NCBI GenBank assembly: GCA_963845425.1
Contig: CAWJSC010000002.1
Span: 129,716 to 193,715 of the forward strand
Reading direction: 5' to 3'
DNA from: an uncultured Microthrixaceae bacterium
Lineage (GTDB): Bacteria > Actinomycetota > Acidimicrobiia > Acidimicrobiales > DATDAH01
Length of the DNA stretch: 64,000 nt
Shown: one piece after another, positions 57,635 through 64,000 of the stretch
Layout: the number at the start of each line of letters is the position of its first letter
Position numbering within the stretch: the stretch's first letter is position 1
The notes under the pieces: model-generated
Told to the model about the DNA's origin: nothing
Seen by the model: the letters and a program-made list of their open reading frames with translations, nothing else
Databases searched by the model: none
Translations under genes and position numbers: made by a program

Positions 57635-59368
57635 ATGTACGACCTGATCATCCGCAACGGGACGATCGTCGACGGCACGGGGGCCGACGCCCGCAAGGGT
57701 GACGTCGCGATCGAGGACGGCAAGATCGTCGCCGTCGGTGGCCAGATCGACGGCGAGGCCGTCGAGACCGTCGACGCCGAGGGGATGTTGGTCACCCCGG
57801 GATTCGTCGACATCCACACCCATTACGACGGCCAGGCCACCTGGGACGACGTGCTCGACCCGTCCGCCGGCCACGGCGTGACCACCGTCGTCGCCGGCAA
57901 CTGTGGCGTCGGCTTCGCCCCGGTCCACCCCGGCCAGGAGGACTGGCTGATCCAGCTCATGGAGGGCGTGGAGGACATCCCGGGAACCGCGCTGGCCGAG
58001 GGCATGTCCTGGAACTGGGAGTCCTTCCCCGAGTACCTCGACGTGCTCGACGCCCGCCACTACGCCATCGACATCGGCACCCAGATCGCCCACGGCGCCG
58101 TCCGCGGCTACGTGATGGGCGAGCGGGGGGCCAAGAACGAGCCCGCCACCCCCGAGGACATCGAGGCCATGGCCGCGATCGTGAAGGAGGCCATAGAGGC
58201 CGGGGCCATGGGCTTCTCGACCTCCCGCACCTTGGCCCACCGGGCCATCGACGGCGAGCCCGTGCCCGGCACGTTCGCCGCAGAGGACGAGCTGTTCGGC
58301 ATCGGCCGCACGCTGGGCGAGGTGGGCAAGGGCGTCTTCGAGCTGGCCCCAGCCGCCATCGACGGCATGGACAGCAACGACCCGTTCAAGGAGATCGACT
58401 GGATGCGCCGGCTGGCCGCCGAGACGCATCGCCCCGTCAGCTTCGCCCTGCTCCAGCTCAACCCCCACCCCGAGCTCTGGCGCGAGCTCATGGACCTGTC
58501 GCTGGAGGCCATCGAGTCCGGCGCCGACCTCCGCCCGCAGGTGGCTTCCCGGCCGTTCGGCCTGCTGACCGGCCTGCAGACCAACCACGTCTTCCAGAAG
58601 CGGCCCACCTACATGGCGCTCGCCGACCTCCCCCTCGACGAGCTCGTCATCGCCCTGAAGGACCCGGCCACCAAAGCCGCCATCCTGAGCGAAGCCGATG
58701 CCCCACCGGACCCGGCGGTGCTCTTCGACGGCATCGGCGCCTTCCTCCTGGCCATGGCCGACGACCTCTACGTGATGGGCGATCCGCCCGACTACGAGCC
58801 GACCCGGGACACCTCCATCGGCGGCATGGCCGAGGCCACCGGGCGCGATGCCCAGGACCTCATCTACGACCGCCTGCTGGACGACGACGGCCAGGGCTTC
58901 CTGATGCTGCCGCTGTTCAACTACAGCCACCGTGACCACGAGGCCATCCGGGAGCAGCTCCTCCACCCCGCCGCCGTGCTCGGCCTCGGCGACGGTGGCG
59001 CCCACTGCGGGATGATCTGCGACGCGTCGCTGCCCACCTACTCCCTCACCCACTGGGCCCGGGACCGCAGCCGGGGCGACAAGCTGCCGCTGGAGTGGCT
59101 GATCAGGAAGCAGACCAAGGACACCGCCGAGCTCTACGGCATGACCGACCGGGGCACCCTCGAGGTGGGCATGCGGGCCGACCTCAACGTGATCGACCAC
59201 GAGGCGCTGACCCTGCGGTCCCCCCGCCTGGTCCGGGACCTGCCGGCCGGCGGCCGCCGCCTCATCCAGGAGGCCGACGGCTACGTGCTCACCGCGGTCA
59301 ACGGGGTGATCACCCGCCGTGACGGCGTCGACACCGGCGCCCGCCCGGGCCGCCTCGTCCGCAGCTAG
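57635..59368 (+). CDS. N-acyl-D-amino-acid deacylase (D-aminoacylase) family amidohydrolase
   Basis: [16 protein letters not shown]...[11 protein letters not shown]...[10 protein letters not shown] family motifs. 577 aa. Confidence 0.85.
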   Translation: MYDLIIRNGTIVDGTGADARKGDVAIEDGKIVAVGGQIDGEAVETVDAEGMLVTPGFVDIHTHYDGQATWDDVLDPSAGHGVTTVVAGNCGVGFAPVHPGQEDWLIQLMEGVEDIPGTALAEGMSWNWESFPEYLDVLDARHYAIDIGTQIAHGAVRGYVMGERGAKNEPATPEDIEAMAAIVKEAIEAGAMGFSTSRTLAHRAIDGEPVPGTFAAEDELFGIGRTLGEVGKGVFELAPAAIDGMDSNDPFKEIDWMRRLAAETHRPVSFALLQLNPHPELWRELMDLSLEAIESGADLRPQVASRPFGLLTGLQTNHVFQKRPTYMALADLPLDELVIALKDPATKAAILSEADAPPDPAVLFDGIGAFLLAMADDLYVMGDPPDYEPTRDTSIGGMAEATGRDAQDLIYDRLLDDDGQGFLMLPLFNYSHRDHEAIREQLLHPAAVLGLGDGGAHCGMICDASLPTYSLTHWARDRSRGDKLPLEWLIRKQTKDTAELYGMTDRGTLEVGMRADLNVIDHEALTLRSPRLVRDLPAGGRRLIQEADGYVLTAVNGVITRRDGVDTGARPGRLVRS

Positions 59369-59379
59369 ACGAGGGACCC

Positions 59380-60570
59380 GTGGCTGAGCGTGACTTCGAC
59401 CTGCTCGACGGGGACTGGTACGTCAACGACCCGTACCCGGACTACGCGTGGCTGCGGGCCAACGCCCCGGCGTACTGGGACGCGGGCAACGAGCTGTGGG
59501 GCATCTCCCGCTACGACGACATCGTCGAGATCGAGAAGCGCAAGGACGTCTTCGTCAACTCCGACACGACGAAGGGCGGCTACCGCCCCAACATCCCGGC
59601 CGACCCGTCGATCATCGGCCTGGACGACCCCAGGCACGCCGAGCGCCGCAACCTGGTGTCGCGCCGCTTCACCCCCCGAGCCGTCACCCGCTGGGAGGAC
59701 CACGTCCGGGAGACGGTGACCGAACTGGTCGACGGGGCCCTGGCCAAGGGCCGCATCGACGTGGTCGACGACCTCGCCGCCCCCCTCCCCGCGCAGATGA
59801 TCGGCTTCCTGCTCGGCTTCCCCGACGAGGCGTGGCCCCAGCTCATGGACTGGTCCGAGCGCACCATCCACCTCGGCGGCGGGCCCCGCTACCACGACGA
59901 CGACGGCATCGCCGCCGCCTTCGAGTTCGCCGGCGCCTGCGCCGAGCTCTACGAGGCCAAGAAGGGCTGCCCGGCCGACGACGTGGTGTCCCTCTACGTA
60001 GACGTCGAAAAGCGGGGCCTGAAGCACCAGGACTTCGGGATCAACGAGGTCATCTCCGACTCCCTGCTCCTGCTCGACGGGGGGGCGGAGACCACCCGGA
60101 CCGTCATCGCCCGCACGATCATGGGCCTGGCCGACCACCCCGAGCAGTGGGGGGCCCTCAAGGCCGGCGCCGACATCGACATCGCGGTCGAGGAGTTCAT
60201 CCGCTGGGTGACCCCGATCCTCAACATGTGCCGGGTCGCGAGCCAGGACGTCGAGATCGGCGGCGAGACGATCCGCAAGGGCCAGCAGGTGGTGCTCATG
60301 TACCCCTCGGCCAATCGGGACGAGGGCCACTTCGCCGACGCCGACACCCTCGACGTCACCCGCCACCCGAACAACCACATCGCCTTCGGCTTCGGCACCC
60401 ACTTCTGCCTGGGCGCCTCGCTGGCCCGCCTGGAGATCAAGGCGATGTTCCAGGAACTGCTGGCGAAGGTCGACCGCTTCGAACGTCCGGTGGACGGCAC
60501 GGTGGTCGACATCCCCAACTCGTTCGTCTTCGGCGTGAAGCACGCCGACATCACCGTGGTCCCGAATTGA
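59380..60570 (+). CDS. cytochrome P450
   Basis: ExxR (EEFIRW) and the heme-binding loop FGFGTHFCLGASLAR. Confidence 0.9.
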   Translation: MAERDFDLLDGDWYVNDPYPDYAWLRANAPAYWDAGNELWGISRYDDIVEIEKRKDVFVNSDTTKGGYRPNIPADPSIIGLDDPRHAERRNLVSRRFTPRAVTRWEDHVRETVTELVDGALAKGRIDVVDDLAAPLPAQMIGFLLGFPDEAWPQLMDWSERTIHLGGGPRYHDDDGIAAAFEFAGACAELYEAKKGCPADDVVSLYVDVEKRGLKHQDFGINEVISDSLLLLDGGAETTRTVIARTIMGLADHPEQWGALKAGADIDIAVEEFIRWVTPILNMCRVASQDVEIGGETIRKGQQVVLMYPSANRDEGHFADADTLDVTRHPNNHIAFGFGTHFCLGASLARLEIKAMFQELLAKVDRFERPVDGTVVDIPNSFVFGVKHADITVVPN

Positions 60571-60584
60571 CCGAAAGGTTCAGC

Positions 60585-61802
60585 ATGGAGCTCGAGGACA
60601 TCGACCTGACCGACGAGGACGTGTGGGCCGACCACGTCCCCCACGACCAGTTCGCGTTCCTGCGTCGAGAGGCACGCGTCTACCGGCATCCGGGCAAGCC
60701 GGACGGCCTGCGGCCCATCCCCGACTTCTGGGCCGTCACCCGCCACGCCGATCTCATCGCGGTGAACCGGGACACGACGCTCTTCTCCTCGGAGACCAAA
60801 GGGGTGCTCCTGGCCGACCCCGACGAGGAGACCCGTACCGCGTTCCAGACGATGCTCGACACCGACCCGCCGGCCCACACCCGCCTGCGCCGTCTGGTCA
60901 ACCGGGGCTTCACCCCCCGCATGGTCACCCGCTTCGAGCAGCACTACGGCGAGCTGACGCGGCAGCTGGTGGCCAAAGCCGTCACCCAGGGCACCTTCGA
61001 CTTCGTGACCGACGTGGCCGCCGAACTGCCGTTGATGGCGATCGCCGAGCTGCTGGGCGTGCCCACCGAGGACCGCCACAAGCTCTTCGAGTGGAGCAAC
61101 CGCCTCGTCGGCAACTCGGACCCCGAGTACGTCGGCAGCGCCGAGGAGGCCACCTCGGCCGCCACCGAGCTGTACGTCTACTTCAACCAGCTGGGGGAGG
61201 AACGCCGGGCCAACCCCCAGGACGACATCATCACGAAGCTGATCACCGAGGTGGAGGGCGACGCCCTCGGCCCCCACGAGTTCGAGACCTTCTGCCTGGT
61301 GCTCACCGTGGCCGGCAACGAGACCACCCGCAACGCCACCAGCCACGGCTTGCTGGCCCTGCTCGAGAACCCGGACCAGATGCAGATGCTGCGAGACCAC
61401 CCCGAGCTGCTGGACTCGGCCATCGAGGAGATCCTGCGCTGGGCCTCACCCGTGATCCACTTCCGGCGCACCGCGATGCGCGACGCGGAGATCGGCGGTC
61501 AGGCCATCGCCGAGGGCGACTCGGTGGTCATGTTCCACATCTCGGCCAACCGGGACGAGGACGTGTTCGCGGACCCGTTCCGCTTCGACATCACCCGTGA
61601 CCCCAACGAGCACATCGCCTTCGGTGGCGGCGGCGCCCACCATTGCCTGGGGGCCAACCTGGCCCGCCTCGAGCTGCAGATCGTCTTCAAGGAGCTCCTG
61701 GCCTCGACCCGGTCGATCACCCAGGCGGGTGACGTCCAGCGGCTGCGCTCCAACTTCATCAACGGCATCAAGCACATGCCCGTGGACGTGGAGCTGGCGT
61801 GA
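60585..61802 (+). CDS. cytochrome P450 (second, tandem)
   Basis: Start trimmed to ATG 60585, with GAAAGG upstream. AGNETT I-helix. EEILRW. FGGGGAHHCLGANLAR. Confidence 0.9.
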   Translation: MELEDIDLTDEDVWADHVPHDQFAFLRREARVYRHPGKPDGLRPIPDFWAVTRHADLIAVNRDTTLFSSETKGVLLADPDEETRTAFQTMLDTDPPAHTRLRRLVNRGFTPRMVTRFEQHYGELTRQLVAKAVTQGTFDFVTDVAAELPLMAIAELLGVPTEDRHKLFEWSNRLVGNSDPEYVGSAEEATSAATELYVYFNQLGEERRANPQDDIITKLITEVEGDALGPHEFETFCLVLTVAGNETTRNATSHGLLALLENPDQMQMLRDHPELLDSAIEEILRWASPVIHFRRTAMRDAEIGGQAIAEGDSVVMFHISANRDEDVFADPFRFDITRDPNEHIAFGGGGAHHCLGANLARLELQIVFKELLASTRSITQAGDVQRLRSNFINGIKHMPVDVELA

Positions 61803-61812
61803 TCTGCCGGCG

Positions 61813-62784
61813 TCAGGTGACGATCACCGAGGCCACGGCGAAGTAGATCAGGATCGACAGCAGGTCCTGGGCGACGGTGGCCAGCGGGCCGCTGCCGAAC
61901 GCCGGGTCGGCGCCGAGCCGGGAGAGCACCGAGGGCAGCACCATCGCCACCGCCGTGGCCACCGAGGCGGCGGCCAGGAGCGAGATGGCCACGCTGGCGA
62001 CCACGTCGGGCTGGTGCACCAGCAGGAACCCGAACGGCACGAAGGCGACGGCCAGGCAGATGCCGATGGCCAGCCCGGTGAGCACCTCGCGGCGAACGAT
62101 CGAGCGCACCGAGACCCCCGCCGAGAGGCCCCGCACGATCACGGTCTCGGTCTGGGTGCCCACCGCGTCGGCGATGTAGACGACCCCGGGGAGGAAGAAC
62201 GCCAGGGTCACCTCCTGGCGGATGGCGTCCTCGGAACCGGCCACGATGACCGCGGCCAGCATCGAGGCCACCAGCCCGATCAGCAGCCACGGCAAGCGGT
62301 GCCAGAAGCGCCGCCGGACCGGCTCCTCGGCCGCGGTACGGGCGGTGCTGCTCCCGGCCAGGTAACCCGACAGCCGGGCGAGGTCCTCGTCGTGCTCGTC
62401 GAGGAGCACGGCCAGCATGCGCCACGGCGGCACCAAGCCGACGAAGCGCCCCTCGCCGTCCACCACCGCCAGGCTGCTCTCACCATGCTCGACGGCCCGC
62501 CCCGCGGCCTCCTCCTGATGGGCCCCGGGGGCCACCACCGGCGGGGCGACGTCCATCAGCCCGGCCATCGGGGTCTCGGGCCGTGCCGCGAGGAGGTCCT
62601 CGATACGCACCAGGCCGACGAGCCGGTCGCCCTCGAGCACGGCGATGTCGTCGACGCTCTCGAAGGGCTGGGGCCTGAGCAGCGCAGCCCGCACCTCCTG
62701 GGCGGTCTGGCGGGGACCGGCGGTCGGCACGTCGATCGTGGTGTGGGCCGAGGCCCGCTTGTGTCCCGGAGGCGCGGTCATCAC
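61813..62784 (-). CDS. mgtE: MgtE-family magnesium transporter (short form: CBS pair + TM domain, no N-domain)
   Basis: CBS-like LAVVDGEGRFVGLV. TM domain with GVVYIADAVGTQTE and GPLATVAQDLLSILIYF family motifs. Confidence 0.8.
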   Translation of the reverse strand: MMTAPPGHKRASAHTTIDVPTAGPRQTAQEVRAALLRPQPFESVDDIAVLEGDRLVGLVRIEDLLAARPETPMAGLMDVAPPVVAPGAHQEEAAGRAVEHGESSLAVVDGEGRFVGLVPPWRMLAVLLDEHDEDLARLSGYLAGSSTARTAAEEPVRRRFWHRLPWLLIGLVASMLAAVIVAGSEDAIRQEVTLAFFLPGVVYIADAVGTQTETVIVRGLSAGVSVRSIVRREVLTGLAIGICLAVAFVPFGFLLVHQPDVVASVAISLLAAASVATAVAMVLPSVLSRLGADPAFGSGPLATVAQDLLSILIYFAVASVIVT

Positions 62785-62809
62785 CTGTCTCTAGTACGAA
62801 ACGGCGAAG

Positions 62810-62890
62810 CCGGCCCCCGGCCCTCCGATGCCACCCCGGACGCGGACCGGCCCCCGGCCTTCCCGAGGCGGCGGGAGGGCCGGGGGCCGG
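62810..62890. repeat. 13-mer CCGGCCCCCGGCC x2 (direct) plus its complement GGCCGGGGGCCGG x1 in the mgtE leader
   Basis: Copies at 62810-62822, 62847-62859 and 62878-62890 (inverted). Seen directly. Confidence 0.8.
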
Positions 62891-62903
62891 GACCTCGGGC
62901 GCG

Positions 62904-63578
62904 TCAGGCCGTCGCCTTGGCGTGACGATCCATCTTGCGGAGGTGGATCGCCCCGAGGACGACCAGACCGGCCATGACCAGGCCACCGAGGAAGGCGGCG
63001 ATGGCGGCGTAGCCGGCGATCACGCCGATGGTGTCCCAGGCGAAGGTGCTGAGCAGGGCACCCCGGAGGACCTCACCCCGGAACATGCTGTCCCGCTGGC
63101 CGGTGATGCCCTCGTACTCCTCGCGGAGGGCGTCGATCTCGGCCTGCGGGGCATCGGCGGCGATCGCCTCGTCCAGCGCGGCCTCGGCCGCGAACTGGGG
63201 GCCACCGAGCTCGGCGTAGGTCTGGCCTCCGCCGATGCCCTCGACGTGGCCGGCGATGTAGCTGGCGTAGGCCTCGGCCTCGGCGCCGGTCGTCACCTGC
63301 TCGTCGGCGTACTGGACCAGGTCGTCCCGGCCCTCCTCCTCGAGGTCGGCGGCGGGCGGGAAGGTGATGGCCTGGGCGGCCAGCTCGTCGTGGACGTAGT
63401 CCTGGGCGAACGTGCTCCCCCAGGTCAGCAGGGCGCCGGCAACGAACAGCACCATAGCCAGGGCACCCCCCGTCCACAGCAGCAGGTGGTCGATCCGTCG
63501 GCGGGTGATGACGACGGGAGCGTCGAGCTCCGTCGCTGCCTCCGACGTGACGTCCTTCTCTTCGTTGACTGCAGTCAT
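62904..63578 (-). CDS. hypothetical membrane protein (N- and C-terminal TM segments, acidic external domain)
   Basis: ATG 63578 is preceded by AAGGGGA. TM segments LLLWTGGALAMVLFVAGALL and IAGYAAIAAFLGGLVMAGLVVLGAI. Confidence 0.5.
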   Translation of the reverse strand: MTAVNEEKDVTSEAATELDAPVVITRRRIDHLLLWTGGALAMVLFVAGALLTWGSTFAQDYVHDELAAQAITFPPAADLEEEGRDDLVQYADEQVTTGAEAEAYASYIAGHVEGIGGGQTYAELGGPQFAAEAALDEAIAADAPQAEIDALREEYEGITGQRDSMFRGEVLRGALLSTFAWDTIGVIAGYAAIAAFLGGLVMAGLVVLGAIHLRKMDRHAKATA

Positions 63579-63696
63579 GATGTCCCCTTGAACCAATGAG
63601 ACCCGCAGGTGGGCCTCTACGGTCAAAGGTACGGATCGGGCGGGTACCGGTCGGGGGCCAGAGGTCCACGGCCGGGGGGCCGAAGGTCCCGAGGCC

Positions 63697-64000
63697 TCAG
63701 TAGGCGGCGAGGCCTCCGTCCACCACCAGGACCTGGCCCGTCATGTAGCTGCTGGCGTCACTGACCAGGAAGAGGACGGGGCCGACCATCTCGTCGGCCG
63801 AGGCGATGCGGCCCATCTTGCACGCCGTGGCCATGCGCTCCTGGGCCTCCGGGGGGTTGTTGCGCACCATGTCGGTGTCCACGCTGCCCGGGGCCAGCGC
63901 GTTGACCCGGATGCCCATCGGGGCGAACTCCGTGGCCATGTAGCGGGTCATGGAGAGCAGGCCCCCCTTCCCTGCGGCGTACATGGAGGTGTAGGCCCCG
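63697..64000 (-). CDS. SDR-family oxidoreductase, C-terminal part; 5' end beyond the window
   Basis: Y(A)AGKGG active-site region ...IRVNALAPG...VDGG... The reading frame is open to the window end. Confidence 0.75.
   Translation of the reverse strand, partial: GAYTSMYAAGKGGLLSMTRYMATEFAPMGIRVNALAPGSVDTDMVRNNPPEAQERMATACKMGRIASADEMVGPVLFLVSDASSYMTGQVLVVDGGLAAY

Noticed and set aside
57416-59200. 594-aa minus-strand ORF
   Set aside because: It is antisense to the D-aminoacylase gene, which has clear family motifs. The composition is Gly/Val/Ala/Arg-rich and shadow-like.
62785-62903. M-box (ykoK) riboswitch upstream of mgtE
   Set aside because: The intergenic region is only 119 nt and I could not recognise M-box conserved segments. 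It is kept only as an unexplained repeat and alternative-hairpin observation.

Overview
High-GC (about 70%) chromosomal segment of actinobacterial type. That assignment is an inference from an Rpf-domain gene, Tat and lipobox signal peptides, a mycosin-like subtilase architecture and apparent leaderless starts; an Acidimicrobiia-like organism is possible, but I cannot assign a species. I support about 60 protein-coding genes. I saw no rRNA, tRNA, CRISPR array, transposase, integrase or prophage genes. Real frames were separated from the many Arg/Pro/Gly-rich shadow ORFs by amino-acid composition, third-position GC and recognisable family motifs.

Gene blocks:
- 1-9.2 kb: HerA-like ATPase (truncated by the window edge), methyltransferase, dioxygenase, SurE-like lipoprotein, crotonase, MOSC, a DUF4015-like glycoside hydrolase, an HD protein and an AI-2E transporter.
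- 9.2-18.7 kb: envelope and second-messenger neighbourhood. It holds Rpf, a stand-alone cNMP-binding protein, a degenerate GGDEF-EAL protein, a Pro/Thr tandem-repeat surface protein, a sensor diguanylate cyclase and a DUF853 ATPase.
- 18.8-23.3 kb: translationally coupled operon of lipoprotein, class A PBP and a catalytically dead HtrA-like protein.
- 23.5-29.3 kb: two beta-propeller lipoprotein genes with frame disruptions, ParA-like ATPase, a small membrane protein, and an S8 subtilase lacking its catalytic Ser.
- 29.3-45.9 kb: L,D-transpeptidase followed by a catabolic block. The block holds an amidohydrolase, a class III aminotransferase with a tandem partial duplicate, an FAD oxidase, a thiolase-like protein, a carboxyltransferase, an enoyl-CoA hydratase, an SDR, a sulfatase, CaiB and a VOC protein.
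- 45.9-46.5 kb: mazEF-type toxin-antitoxin pair with a palindromic operator.
- 47.6-51.7 kb: potADBC-type polyamine ABC transporter.
- 51.8-64 kb: SnoaL-like protein, sulfotransferase, LLM oxidoreductase, an FtsX permease with no adjacent ATPase, DUF4282, a D-aminoacylase, two tandem P450s, MgtE, and an SDR truncated by the window edge.

No single obvious new multi-gene system stands out. The most interesting signals are non-coding or degenerate:
- a family of palindromic elements with conserved arms at gene 3' ends;
- an 11-bp palindrome at identical 44-nt spacing upstream of two convergent signalling/surface genes;
- two other repeat families;
- two pseudo-proteases;
- a 675-bp tandem duplication;
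- several places where the coding frame jumps.
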